NCBI GenBank assembly: GCA_009776905.1
Contig: WRMX01000001.1
Span: 1 to 53,670, forward strand
Length of the DNA stretch: 53,670 nucleotides
Source: Oscillospiraceae bacterium
GTDB lineage: Bacteria > Bacillota > Clostridia > Oscillospirales > Oscillospiraceae
Direction of reading: 5' to 3'
The position numbers and the translations under genes are program-made. This document shows positions 9,615 to 19,056 of this stretch, piece after piece (position 1 is the stretch's first letter; each line of letters begins with the position of its first letter). The notes under the pieces are model-generated. The model was not told where the DNA came from. It worked only from the letters and a program-made list of their open reading frames with translations, and did no database searches.

Positions 9615-10808
9615 TTGAAAATCGGCATATTCGGCGGGACATTCAACCCGCCCCACATCGGCCATTTGCAGTCGGCCAAAACAGCCGCGAAGCAACTGGG
9701 CCTCGACAGGCTGCTGATCGTCCCTGCGGGAGCGCCCCCGCACAAGCCGCTGCCGGAGGGCACCCCTTCGGCGGATGTTCGGCTGTCGCTCGTGCACGCG
9801 ACGTTCGACGATGTAAGAGGCGCGGCCGTTTCGGACATTGAAATTAAGGACTCAAAGTTTAAATATACTGTAGATACGGTCAAAGCGATTAAAAAAGAGT
9901 ATAATGGAGCGCGGATGTTTCTTTTAGTCGGCGCGGACATGTTTTTATCGCTCGGAACGTGGAAGGACAGCGAATCATTGCTAAAAAGCGTCACTCCTGC
10001 AGTGTTTTCACGCAACGCGGACGACAATCGGAACATCAGCGTTTACTCGGACGAGCTGCAAGAGCTTTTCGGAACGCGCACGGAGATAATCGAAAACGAC
10101 GTCCTCGACATCTCCTCCTCGCAACTGCGCAGGCTCCTTCCGCAGCGAGAAGGAGTAAGATACATAACAGATACAACTTATTCATATATTATAAAAGGCA
10201 GGCTTTATGGCGCGAAACCTGACTGGGCTTGGTTGCGCGGCAAGGCATATGCGATGCTCGACCCCAAAAGGGTGCCGCATGTCGCGGGCTGCGAGTCGGA
10301 AGCCGTGAAGCTGGCGGAGAGGTGGGGCGCCGACGTTGACGACGCGCGCGAGGCCGGCATCCTTCACGATATAACAAAAAAGCTGGATACCGCCGAGCAT
10401 ATCGGCATCCTCGCGCAAAATGGGATATACATAAAAAACCTTCAAAACTCCGAAGAAAAGCTCCTGCATCCAAAAAGCGGCGCGGCGCTCGCAAGGACGG
10501 TTTTCGGCGTTTCCGATGAAGTTTCGAACGCCATTATGTGGCATACGACCGGCAGGCGCGGAATGTCCTTATTGGAAAAAGTCATATATCTGGCAGATTA
10601 CATCGAGCCCGAGAGGGACATCCCGGGGATCGACGAGCTCAGGAAAGAGGCTTACGCGGACATCGACAAGGCCATGATTATGGGCATGGAAATGAGCGTT
10701 GACGACATGAGGTCGCGAGGCATAATTCCAAACACAACGACATTTGACGCGCTTGATGATCTGCGCGAGCGCACGGCACCCGGAGCGATAATCCGGGAAT
10801 CTCGCTGA
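9615..10808 (+). CDS. nadD: Fusion of nicotinate-nucleotide adenylyltransferase (NadD) and YqeK-type HD-domain phosphohydrolase
   Basis: N-terminal half has GIFGGTFNPPHIGHL (the (H/T)xGH motif) and ISSSQLR. C-terminal half has HVAGCESEAVKLA, GILHDITKK, LHPKSGA, MWHTTG and YLADYIEPERD, typical of YqeK HD domains. One continuous 397-aa frame with a TTG start. Confidence 0.9.
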   Translation: MKIGIFGGTFNPPHIGHLQSAKTAAKQLGLDRLLIVPAGAPPHKPLPEGTPSADVRLSLVHATFDDVRGAAVSDIEIKDSKFKYTVDTVKAIKKEYNGARMFLLVGADMFLSLGTWKDSESLLKSVTPAVFSRNADDNRNISVYSDELQELFGTRTEIIENDVLDISSSQLRRLLPQREGVRYITDTTYSYIIKGRLYGAKPDWAWLRGKAYAMLDPKRVPHVAGCESEAVKLAERWGADVDDAREAGILHDITKKLDTAEHIGILAQNGIYIKNLQNSEEKLLHPKSGAALARTVFGVSDEVSNAIMWHTTGRRGMSLLEKVIYLADYIEPERDIPGIDELRKEAYADIDKAMIMGMEMSVDDMRSRGIIPNTTTFDALDDLRERTAPGAIIRESR

Positions 10809-10863
10809 AGGACGAGCGTTTGGGGCTATTTTCCCGGACTCCCGTTAAAGAAAGGGCAAATAA

Positions 10864-12624
10864 ATGAAGTTGACCGGCACGAAAAGAAAAGGGCATCACC
10901 TGGTGAAGAACATCAGCAATGACACCGATGATTTCAACGGATTCGCCAGCGATGACAATATCGATGAAAAGGCATTTAAGTCAAAAAGAAGAAAAAAGCG
11001 CATATTGACGATTATTGCCATTGTTTTCGCAGTTTTCATCGTTACCGGCGTGTATCTTGCATATTTCGTCAAGACGGCCCGCGAAAATCCTCCACCCGTC
11101 AGAGAAGCGCCTTTTAGCAACGAATACGTCAACCCGCTTGAAATAGGCAAGTCAACCCCGCCGCAGCAAGCGCAGAGCGATTCAAAAACGAATAAAGTCT
11201 ATACAAGGCCGACCGACGAGCTGAAATTCACGTTTTTGCTCATGGCGCTCGACGATGGCAACGGCAACACCGACGTCATCATGGCAGCGACGCTTGACGC
11301 GACGAAGCATACGCTCAACATCGTCAGCATCCCGCGCGACACGCTTGTCAACGTCGGTTGGGACAATAAAAGGGCGAACGCAATTTATGCCAACATGCGA
11401 TACCAGCACGGCGGGAACAACAGCGACCTTGACGAGGTTATGGACGCGACCGTCGATCGATTTTCGGATGTGCTGGGGTATAAGGTCGATTATTGGGTTC
11501 TTGTGGACCTCAGGGCCTTCATCGAGCTGGTCGACGCGGTTGGCGGAGTCGAATACGACGTGCCTGTGGATATGAGTTACGATGACTACGATGCCGGCCT
11601 CCACATACACTTTGCAAAAGGGCCGCAGCTTTTGTCGGGGCAAAAAGCGATGGAAGTCCTCAGATTCAGGAAGGGGTATGCGAATGCCGACCTTGGCCGC
11701 ATCAACACCCAACAGGACTTTCTGTCCACTGCCGCGCAGCAGATTCTCGCGAAAAAGAAATCATTGAACATATATGAACTAGCCAAAATTTTCCTGCAAT
11801 ACGTCAAGACTGACCTGACTCTATCGTATCTAATTTGGATTGGCGAGGAAATGTTGAAACTGGACGCAGAAAACATCAATTTCTACACAATACCCAACAG
11901 TTATTACGACTCTACATATTTATCGATAAATGTGGAAGAATGGTTGGAACTCTTAAACGAAAAGTTGAACCCATTTAACGAAGATATTACGCCGCAGGAC
12001 GTCAGCATAGTGACTCGCGGCTCCAATGGCGTCACATACGTCACGGACGGCAATGCGCGGTCTTCAATGGGCGCGGGCAACAGGGGGTCAAGCAGTGCGA
12101 ATAATTCGCAGCAGAACGCCACTCCGAGCAGCAACCAAAGCACGGATTCAGATGACAGCCAGCAGAGCAATTCCGCCAATACCCTGCAAAGCAACCAAGG
12201 CGAGACACAATCTTCCGAACAGGCGTCGAACACTGAATATGATCCTGACGCTGAGCCGGGCGATGCGTTGCCGGGCGATGCGTTGCCGGGCGACAACGAT
12301 GGCGATCCGGATCATGATGATGGCATGACTCCCGATGATGCCCCGGAAATCGACCTCGGCGAGCAGACCGGTGAACAAACGGGCGAGCAGCCGCCTGACG
12401 GCGAGCAAACGGGCGAGCAGCAAACCTTGGATGCTGAGGATGGCGCTGAGGACGCGGCCTCCGAAATTCCTCCCGCTACGCAGGCCGATCCTGCGGATGG
12501 CGCGGGTACCGATCCCGCGCAGTCCGGCGAACAGCGGCCCGAGACAAGGATTGATGATCCTGCGCCTCCCGCGCAGCCGGTCGAAGAAGCGCCCCCCGCA
12601 TCCGCGCCGGAAATAGAGGAATAG
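10864..12624 (+). CDS. LytR-CpsA-Psr (LCP) family cell-wall glycopolymer transferase with long low-complexity C-terminal tail
   Basis: N-terminal TM helix (ILTIIAIVFAVFIVTGVYLAYF). LCP core motifs LMALDDGNGNTDVIMAATLD, LNIVSIPRDT and LRFRKGYANADLGRINTQQDFL. The last ~190 aa are Q/S/E/D/P/G-rich with GDALPGDALPGD and GEQTGEQTGEQ repeats. Confidence 0.85.
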   Translation: MKLTGTKRKGHHLVKNISNDTDDFNGFASDDNIDEKAFKSKRRKKRILTIIAIVFAVFIVTGVYLAYFVKTARENPPPVREAPFSNEYVNPLEIGKSTPPQQAQSDSKTNKVYTRPTDELKFTFLLMALDDGNGNTDVIMAATLDATKHTLNIVSIPRDTLVNVGWDNKRANAIYANMRYQHGGNNSDLDEVMDATVDRFSDVLGYKVDYWVLVDLRAFIELVDAVGGVEYDVPVDMSYDDYDAGLHIHFAKGPQLLSGQKAMEVLRFRKGYANADLGRINTQQDFLSTAAQQILAKKKSLNIYELAKIFLQYVKTDLTLSYLIWIGEEMLKLDAENINFYTIPNSYYDSTYLSINVEEWLELLNEKLNPFNEDITPQDVSIVTRGSNGVTYVTDGNARSSMGAGNRGSSSANNSQQNATPSSNQSTDSDDSQQSNSANTLQSNQGETQSSEQASNTEYDPDAEPGDALPGDALPGDNDGDPDHDDGMTPDDAPEIDLGEQTGEQTGEQPPDGEQTGEQQTLDAEDGAEDAASEIPPATQADPADGAGTDPAQSGEQRPETRIDDPAPPAQPVEEAPPASAPEIEE

Positions 12625-12776
12625 TAACTCAAAGGCACGAAACCTTGTTTCACGGAGACATAGCAGGCTTTGCGCAGTAACCGGGCGAATGTTCGCCAAC
12701 CCGATGTGGGCGCATCTGATGGCCAGTTTGCGACACGCCGCGGCTACGTAATAAACAAATTGAAAGGGGCATATTA

Positions 12777-13157
12777 GTGCTGACTCCTAAAGAAATCGTC
12801 GGTTTAATTTATAACGCGCTTGACAGCAAGAAGGCAAAAGACATAAACCTGCTGCGGACTAGAGAAATCACCATACTCGCCGATTATTTCATAATCTGCA
12901 CAGCGACATCCACCACGCACATGAAGACGCTTTCCGACGAAGTCGAGAAAGTGCTCAAGGAAAACGGCGAGACGCCCCGCAGGCGGGAAGGCCGAAGCGC
13001 GGGCGGATGGGTTCTGCTCGACTTCGCTTGCGTGGTCATACACATTTTTTTGCAAGAAACGCGCGAGTTCTATTCACTGGAGAGGTTATGGAGCGACGCG
13101 GAAAGCATAGATCCGGCGACTGTTATAACGAGGAGCCCCGCGCTTCCCATGATATAG
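12777..13157 (+). CDS. rsfS: Ribosome silencing factor RsfS (iojap family)
   Basis: KKAKDINLL...ILADYFIICTATSTTHMKTLSDEV...GWVLLDFACVVIHIF..ETREFYSLERLW is the RsfS signature. GTG start preceded by AAAGGGG. Sits in the yqeK-rsfS neighbourhood. Confidence 0.9.
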   Translation: MLTPKEIVGLIYNALDSKKAKDINLLRTREITILADYFIICTATSTTHMKTLSDEVEKVLKENGETPRRREGRSAGGWVLLDFACVVIHIFLQETREFYSLERLWSDAESIDPATVITRSPALPMI

Positions 13158-13283
13158 CCGGCACGCGCGGCCGCGCGCTCCAGCTAATTCGCTCTATGAA
13201 AATCCGGATAGGGGTTGGATATGGGCCTGAATTTGAACTAGAATCTGAATTTGAATCTGAACTTGAAGAGGAGCATGATCATA

Positions 13284-14750
13284 ATGAATCGAATGCGCAG
13301 ACAAACAACTATTTTCATCGTAATAATATTGGTATTGACAACAACAATTCCTTTACAAGCCACTGCGGCGGACGTCGGAGGCCGCACGATATCTTCCAAG
13401 GGCGCATGCGTAATCGATTTTGAAACAGGCATAGTGGTTTACGGATATGAGGCGGATACCCAGAGGGTGCCAGCCAGCATGACGAAGCTCATGTCGGTGC
13501 TCGTCGTCTATGACGCGATAAAGGCAGGGGAAATCAGCCTGGATACCATGGTAAAGATCAGCGCCGGGGTCAGCAAGCTGTCGTACAACCTTGAATACTC
13601 CAACGTGCCGCTGCCGGAAGGGATTACAGTCGCGGTGAGGGATCTGCTGAATGCGGTCATGGTTTGCTCCGCCTGCGCTGCGGCGACCGCGCTTGCAGAA
13701 GGCATATGCGGGAGCGAGTCCGCATTCGTCTCGCGTATGAACAAAAAGGCGGGCGCGCTCGGCATAAGCGCGTCCTTTTCGGATTCGCATGGGATTTCAT
13801 CGAGCAATAAAATAACGCCCGCAGGGATGGCGGCGCTCACGCGCAGCCTCATCACGGACTATCCGGAAGTAATCAATATTTCATCGAAAAAGGAAATCAT
13901 GTTCCGAGGGCTGGTATATAAGAACACTAACCAGCTGCTGAACGATTACAGCGGCGCTGATGGGATAAAGACGGGATATACCGATGCGGCGGGGTATTGC
14001 CTGACCGGCACTGCAAAGAGGGACGGGCGCCGGATCATAGCCGTCACGATGGGGTCGACCTCCGCATCGCGCTTTCAGGATGTGCAGATATTGCTCGATT
14101 ATGGTTTTGCGAACGCGGAGAGCGTTATTTCCGTGTATATGAGCAAGCAGATCGAAGAAGGTCCCGATGAAGAGGATTTGGCAGGCAGCGAACCGGGAGG
14201 GGAGCCCGGTAGCGAGCCCGGCGATGTGACAGATGCCGCGCTGGGCGGCGAAGGCGAGACACAACCCGGCGGCGAAGCAGGGGAGGGGTCCGGCGAAACA
14301 GGGACTGTGACAATATACTCATCGGCGTCGCCGTCGAGCGCGAACCTCATCCTCAACGGCAAGGAGATGCCGTTGAACGCATACCTCATCGGCGGCAGCC
14401 ATTACTTCAAGCTGCGCGACGTCGCGTTCCTGATGAAGGGCACCGAGTGCAGGTTCAACGTCGCATGGGACAACGCCGCGAAGTCGGTTGTCATGACTTC
14501 CGGCGTGAATTATCCGTATACGGGCAATATCCAGGGCGAGATCGGCGAGGATGCCCGGGCTTGCGAGCCCTCAACGTCAAGATTCTTCCTCGATGGCGTG
14601 GAATATGAGCTGGAGGCTTATTTGATCGGCGGCAACAATTACTTCAAGCTGCGTGAGCTCGGCGATCTTTTCAACTTCGACGTCGACTGGATAGGGGAGA
14701 CCCGCACGGTGATAATAGACACGGCGCAGGATGTGCAGAATGCAGCGTAG
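13284..14750 (+). CDS. D-alanyl-D-alanine carboxypeptidase (peptidase S11, low-molecular-weight PBP) with C-terminal duplicated stalk-like domain
   Basis: Signal/TM segment, then the VPASMTKLMS SxxK motif, a candidate SxN motif (FSDSHG) and a KTG motif (IKTGYTDAAG). A Gly/Glu/Pro-rich linker follows, then two related C-terminal modules (YLIGGSHYFKLRDVAFLM and YLIGGNNYFKLRELGDLF). Start chosen 10 nt after GAGGAG; the track start 13251 is possible. Confidence 0.85.
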   Translation: MNRMRRQTTIFIVIILVLTTTIPLQATAADVGGRTISSKGACVIDFETGIVVYGYEADTQRVPASMTKLMSVLVVYDAIKAGEISLDTMVKISAGVSKLSYNLEYSNVPLPEGITVAVRDLLNAVMVCSACAAATALAEGICGSESAFVSRMNKKAGALGISASFSDSHGISSSNKITPAGMAALTRSLITDYPEVINISSKKEIMFRGLVYKNTNQLLNDYSGADGIKTGYTDAAGYCLTGTAKRDGRRIIAVTMGSTSASRFQDVQILLDYGFANAESVISVYMSKQIEEGPDEEDLAGSEPGGEPGSEPGDVTDAALGGEGETQPGGEAGEGSGETGTVTIYSSASPSSANLILNGKEMPLNAYLIGGSHYFKLRDVAFLMKGTECRFNVAWDNAAKSVVMTSGVNYPYTGNIQGEIGEDARACEPSTSRFFLDGVEYELEAYLIGGNNYFKLRELGDLFNFDVDWIGETRTVIIDTAQDVQNAA

Positions 14751-14868
14751 CGGACCCGCTCCGATGGATTTCGTACTGTGGTTGATGCTTATATCCAACG
14801 CACATCGTACGTTTTTCATACGATGAATGTAGTGGTCGGCATCTCGAGTAATATAATATATGCATGGA

Positions 14869-14910
14869 AGCGCCGCGCCTTGATACGAGGCGCGGCTGCA
14901 TTTTTGTTTT
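14869..14910 (+). terminator. Rho-independent terminator downstream of the carboxypeptidase gene
   Basis: GC stem AGCGCCGCGCC / GGCGCGGCT with a 9-nt loop, followed by GCATTTTTGTTTT. Confidence 0.7.
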
Positions 14911-14927
14911 AAACAATGGGCGAGCAA

Positions 14928-15224
14928 TCACCGACCGCGGCGCGCAGCAATTGCAAAGTGGTGAAAATACCGCTCGACACCGTCATAGTCCGTGGAGTCG
15001 CCAAAGAACAAACGCAAAAACTCGTCTCGGGAACGCAAAATCTCACGCAACCGCGCCCCGCTGTGGCATTCCGCCGTCGCTGCAAACAGATCGAGAGCGC
15101 GGTCGATGGCGCCGTCGCGTCTGGCGGGGTTGTCGCGCGAGGCTATAGCTCTCCCAACCTCCGAGCCGATATTTCCCATCTGCTCGACTATGCTCAGAGT
15201 AGCCCATCTTTCGCGGTCAATCAT
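14928..15224 (-). CDS. Small conserved hypothetical protein (98 aa) translationally coupled to the recombinase gene
   Basis: Its start overlaps the stop of the upstream recombinase gene by 8 nt. Helical, charged sequence (SIVEQMGNIGSEVGRAI...). Codon usage matches its neighbours. I cannot name a family. Confidence 0.55.
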   Translation of the reverse strand: MIDRERWATLSIVEQMGNIGSEVGRAIASRDNPARRDGAIDRALDLFAATAECHSGARLREILRSRDEFLRLFFGDSTDYDGVERYFHHFAIAARRGR

Positions 15225-16242
15225 CTTTCACCGCTCCTTCCTTTTTATATCCCGATAGGGGGGAACGCATGGCGGCGTCGCGGAGGCTGCTGTTCTCAAT
15301 GTGCGTGTATATCTGCGTCGTGTTGAGGTGCTCGTGGCCAAGCAGCTCCTGCAGCGTCCTGATGTCCACGCCGCTCTTCAGCATTAGCGTCGCGGCTGTG
15401 TGGCGGAGCTTGTGCGACGAATACTTCGTGCTGTCGAGCCCCGCTGCGAGCAAGTGCTTCTTGACGAGGCTGTGGATCGTCGACGTCGTGATCCTCGTGC
15501 GGCGGCTCGACAGGAACAGCGCCTTTTTGTCCAGAGGAGCGATCTGCTTCCTCACGAGCAGATAATCGTTTATGGCCGCTGCGCACGCGTCGTTGATATA
15601 GACGATGCGTTCTTTGTTGCCCTTACCAAGGACCCGGATCGAGTCTGCGCGTAAGTCCGTCAGATCGAGCCCCGCGAGCTCCGAAATGCGAAGTCCGCAG
15701 TTCAGGAATACTGTCAGTATGCAGAAATCGCGCTCTTTGTGCATCCCGGCGACGTTGTCCAGGAGCTTGAAGCTTTCGTCCAGATTGAGATATCGCGGGA
15801 GCGACTTCCGTAGTTTTGGTGAATCGAGGTCGGCGACGGGGTTCTCGCTCAGCATGTTGGCTTTCAGGGTGAGGTATTTGTAGTATGACCTGATGACGGC
15901 GATTTTGCGGGCGCGCGAGGCGGCGGTCAGGCCGTATTCAGTGTTGCGGCTGTTGCCGTGCTTCGGCCTGTCGCGCGACAGGAACGCAAGGTATTCGTAG
16001 ACGTCCGTAACTGTGACAGATTTGACGAGATCGATGTCGACGTCCATAATCGAAATTTCGTCGAACTCCGCGTTCTGCGGCGCGAGGTTCTTGTGCAGCT
16101 TCAGAAATCTGAAAAAGGTCCGCAGGTCGAGGAAGTATTCGTCGATGGTCCTTTTTGAATGGCCTTTTATCGTTTCGTGGTAGAATAGGAACTCCCGGAG
16201 TATTTCGGGAGAGCCGGCTCTGTAGTCCATGGTTGTTTTCAC
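15217..16242 (-). CDS. Tyrosine site-specific recombinase, XerC/XerD family
   Basis: N-terminal SAM-like domain and a C-terminal catalytic domain with LNCGLRISEL (Arg), HKLRHTAATLM (H-x-x-R) and LLGHEHLNTTQIYTHI (His and the Tyr nucleophile). RBS AGAGGTGA lies 8 nt upstream. Confidence 0.88.
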   Translation of the reverse strand: MKTTMDYRAGSPEILREFLFYHETIKGHSKRTIDEYFLDLRTFFRFLKLHKNLAPQNAEFDEISIMDVDIDLVKSVTVTDVYEYLAFLSRDRPKHGNSRNTEYGLTAASRARKIAVIRSYYKYLTLKANMLSENPVADLDSPKLRKSLPRYLNLDESFKLLDNVAGMHKERDFCILTVFLNCGLRISELAGLDLTDLRADSIRVLGKGNKERIVYINDACAAAINDYLLVRKQIAPLDKKALFLSSRRTRITTSTIHSLVKKHLLAAGLDSTKYSSHKLRHTAATLMLKSGVDIRTLQELLGHEHLNTTQIYTHIENSSLRDAAMRSPLSGYKKEGAVKDD

Positions 16243-16332
16243 CTCTGAATGCGTGTGGGTTCATGATGCGGCATGGGGGGCGGGCGGCTATGTCGTTGTG
16301 TTGTCCCAAGCCATTGTATTAAACCCACTACT

Positions 16333-16358
16333 TTGAACAAAATCTTTATTTTGTTCAA
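16333..16358. repeat. Perfect 26-bp AT-rich palindrome TTGAACAAAATCTTTATTTTGTTCAA upstream of the recombinase gene
   Basis: Read directly. It can be parsed as 10-bp inverted arms around a 6-bp centre (TTGAACAAAA-TCTTTA-TTTTGTTCAA). Lies about 90-115 nt upstream of the recombinase ATG. Confidence 0.6.
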
Positions 16359-16437
16359 TCGGCTGTGTGGGATAAATGCGGCCGGTCCAAGCGGCTCACG
16401 GCATTGCGCTCATATCCCCCCTGCGCATGCGAGGAAA

Positions 16438-16462
16438 GATTCTTCGCTGCGCCCGGAATGAC
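16438..16462. repeat. Copy of dispersed ~25-nt intergenic repeat (GATTCTTCGCTGCGCCCGGAATGAC)
   Basis: Near-identical to 28156-28180, and the reverse complement of 30728-30752. Confidence 0.7.
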
Positions 16463-16544
16463 ACGGGTCGGTAAATAACTTTATTATCGAACGAAGCGAG
16501 TGTCGCGTCGCGCTAGCGCGACATGACCGAGCAAGTGACGATAT

Positions 16545-16617
16545 CAAAAACTCTTATACCGCGCGGCTGTGCCGCGCATAGCGCGCCGAAGGCGCGAAGT
16601 CCAGGGCTCTGCCCTGG
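16545..16617 (-). terminator. Cluster of three short GC hairpins downstream of leuS (probable terminator / REP-like region)
   Basis: Stems CCAGGGC-TCT-GCCCTGG, CGCGCC-GAA-GGCGCG and GCGCGGC-TGT-GCCGCGC. On the minus strand the last hairpin is followed ~10 nt later by a T run (GTTTTTG). Confidence 0.35.
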
Positions 16618-16629
16618 GGTATATAGTTT

Positions 16630-19029
16630 TTACTTTATAATTAAGTTCACCAGCTTGTTCTTGACGACTATAGTGCGGACGATTTCCTTCCCATCGATAA
16701 TGCGCGCGATCTTTTCATCGGCGACGGCCGCGCTTATAACAGTCTCATCGTCAGAATCCGGAGCAACGAACACAGTCCCCCGCAGCTTCCCGCCGATCTG
16801 CACTGCAATCTCGCGCACGGCGTCAAGGGTTTTGCTCTCGTCGAACACCGGCCAGGGCTGCTCTGCAGCAAAGCCGTCAAACCCCTGCATCTCCCAAAGC
16901 TCCTCGGCTATGTGCGGCGCAAACGGAGATAATAGGTTCAGCAGAACCTTTAAATCACCGCGCGACGGTGCCTTTTCGTAATAATCGTTGACAAGCGACA
17001 TTAGCGTCGCAATTGCCGTGTTGAACTTCAGCGCCTCGATGTCGCTCCCGACCTTTTTTATCGCGCGATGGATCGCGAGCTCATGCGCGGCGGAATACTC
17101 GTCGCCGCCGCCAACGCGCTCTTCTGAAAGATTCCACACGCGGTCCAGAAACCTCTTGCAGCCTTTTACCGCGCTTTGCGACCACAAAGCCGTCTTTTCA
17201 AAGTCGCCAATGAACATTATATACAGGCGCAAGGTGTCCGTCCCGTATTCGCCGATGATATCATCGGGATTTATGACATTTCCGCGCGATTTGCTCATTT
17301 TTTGCCCATCTTCGCCGAGGATCATGCCATGGCTCGTCCGCTTCATGTATGGTTCGTGGAAAGGTACGACTCCGATGTCAAAAAGAAACTTATGCCAAAA
17401 ACGAGAATAGAGCAAATGCAGCGTGGTGTGCTCCATCCCGCCGTTGTACCAATCCACGGGCGTCCAATAATCCAATGCCTTGTTTGAAGCCAGCGCGTTT
17501 TTGTTCGCAACGTCCGTGTAGCGGAGGAAATACCAGCTCGAACCCGCCCATTGCGGCATCGTGTCCGTCTCCCTCTGCGCAGGTCCGCCGCATTTCGGGC
17601 AGTCCGTCGAAGTCCACTCCGGCATCGCAGCCAACGGGCTCTCCCCTGTTTCTGTCGTCTCATAATTTTCGACGTTAGGCAGGAGCAGCGGCAGGTCGCT
17701 TTCCGTAACCGCGACATAGCCGCATTTTTCGCAATGGACGATCGGTATCGGCTCGCCCCAGTAGCGTTGGCGCGAAAAGACCCAGTCACGCAACTTGTAG
17801 TTGATTTTTTCTTCTCCCAGACCTTTGTCCGCAAGCCATTTCGTGATGGTGGCGATGGCGTCGTTTACAGGCAGCCCGGATATGAAGCCGGAATTGACCA
17901 TAACGCCATTGTCGCAGTCCGTATAAGCTTCCTTTTCAATGTCGCCGCCGGCGACGACCTCGACAATCGGCAGATCGAATTTCTTTGCGAATTCCCAGTC
18001 GCGCTGGTCATGGCCGGGCACCGCCATAATAGCTCCCGTCCCATAAGATGCGAGCACATAATCCGATATATATATTGGAATCTCGCGCTCGGTCACCGGG
18101 TTTATCGCGCGAATCCCCTTGATTTCCACGCCTGTCTTGTCTTTCGCCAGCTCCGTCCTCTCAAAATCGGATTTTTTGGCAGCAGTCTCCTGATATGCCT
18201 TGATCTCATCCGGATTGTCGGCGAGCCATTTTTGCAACAATTGATGCTCCGGCGAGATGACCATGTAAGTCGCGCCGAACAGCGTATCCGGCCTGGTCGT
18301 AAAGACCCGCAGAGCGTCGCCCGCCGTCGTTTTGAAGTCCACTTCGGCGCCGACAGATCTGCCTATCCAGTTGCGCTGTTGAATCTTGACACGCTCGATG
18401 TAATCGACGTCGTCGAGGTCGTCCGCCAGCCGCTGCGCGTATTTCGTGATCCGCAGCATCCACTGGCTCTTTTCGCGCCTGACGACCGGCGCGCCGCAGC
18501 GCTCGCACTCGCCGTCGACGACTTCTTCGTTCGCAAGGACGCATTTGCACGACGTGCACCAATTCACGGGTATCTGCGCTTTATATGCCAGCCCGTTTTC
18601 AAACAGTTTGAGGAATATCCACTGCGTCCATTTATAGTATTCGGGGTCGGTCGTGTCGACGCACCTGTCCCAGTCAAAGCTGTAGCCGAGCATTTTCAGC
18701 TGCTCGGAAAAACGTTTGATGTTGTTGCGCGTGACGTCCGACGGGTGCAGCTTGTTTTTGATCGCATAGTTTTCCGTCGGCAGCCCGAACGCATCGAACC
18801 CTATGGGAAACAAAACGTTGTAGCCTTGCATGCGCCTCTTCCGCGCCACGATGTCCATGGCGGTGTATGGGCGCGGATGCCCGAGGTGCAGCCCGTCGCC
18901 CGATGGGTATGGGAATTCCACCAGTACGTAATATTTTGGCTTTGCGCTGTCGTTTTCGGCGGCAAATGGCCGCGTGGCTTCCCAGCGGTTTTGCCATTTC
19001 TTTTCAATTTGCTTGAAATCATATTTCAT
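16630..19029 (-). CDS. leuS: Leucine--tRNA ligase
   Basis: MKYDFKQIEKKWQNRW start, HLGHPRPYT (HIGH motif) and KMSKSRGN (KMSKS motif), about 800 aa. I prefer the ATG at 19029, which has GGAAGGA ~10 nt upstream. The track start at 19059 is the last ATG of the upstream microsatellite and is in frame. Confidence 0.95.
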   Translation of the reverse strand: MKYDFKQIEKKWQNRWEATRPFAAENDSAKPKYYVLVEFPYPSGDGLHLGHPRPYTAMDIVARKRRMQGYNVLFPIGFDAFGLPTENYAIKNKLHPSDVTRNNIKRFSEQLKMLGYSFDWDRCVDTTDPEYYKWTQWIFLKLFENGLAYKAQIPVNWCTSCKCVLANEEVVDGECERCGAPVVRREKSQWMLRITKYAQRLADDLDDVDYIERVKIQQRNWIGRSVGAEVDFKTTAGDALRVFTTRPDTLFGATYMVISPEHQLLQKWLADNPDEIKAYQETAAKKSDFERTELAKDKTGVEIKGIRAINPVTEREIPIYISDYVLASYGTGAIMAVPGHDQRDWEFAKKFDLPIVEVVAGGDIEKEAYTDCDNGVMVNSGFISGLPVNDAIATITKWLADKGLGEEKINYKLRDWVFSRQRYWGEPIPIVHCEKCGYVAVTESDLPLLLPNVENYETTETGESPLAAMPEWTSTDCPKCGGPAQRETDTMPQWAGSSWYFLRYTDVANKNALASNKALDYWTPVDWYNGGMEHTTLHLLYSRFWHKFLFDIGVVPFHEPYMKRTSHGMILGEDGQKMSKSRGNVINPDDIIGEYGTDTLRLYIMFIGDFEKTALWSQSAVKGCKRFLDRVWNLSEERVGGGDEYSAAHELAIHRAIKKVGSDIEALKFNTAIATLMSLVNDYYEKAPSRGDLKVLLNLLSPFAPHIAEELWEMQGFDGFAAEQPWPVFDESKTLDAVREIAVQIGGKLRGTVFVAPDSDDETVISAAVADEKIARIIDGKEIVRTIVVKNKLVNLIIK

Positions 19030-19056
19030 CGGTTGTGGTCCTTCCATCCGTAAATT

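Noticed and set aside
6252-9797. Minus-strand ORFs of 328, 333 and 364 aa opposite smc, ftsY and rdgB
   Set aside because: They are antisense to genes with unambiguous motifs. Their composition is typical of GC-rich antisense frames.
14852-14910. Tiny sRNA gene (a TATAAT box 12 nt before the terminator hairpin downstream of the carboxypeptidase gene)
   Set aside because: There is no convincing -35, and the transcript would consist of the terminator only. It is more simply the terminator of the upstream gene.
16523-16981. 152-aa plus-strand ORF spanning the leuS 3' end
   Set aside because: It overlaps the leuS coding sequence antisense and starts inside the hairpin/repeat cluster. It has no motifs.
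17551-19053. 500-aa ORF antisense to leuS
   Set aside because: It lies entirely within, and opposite to, a strongly supported leuS frame. It is Arg/Pro/Ala-rich, as expected for antisense frames of GC-rich genes, and has no recognisable motifs.
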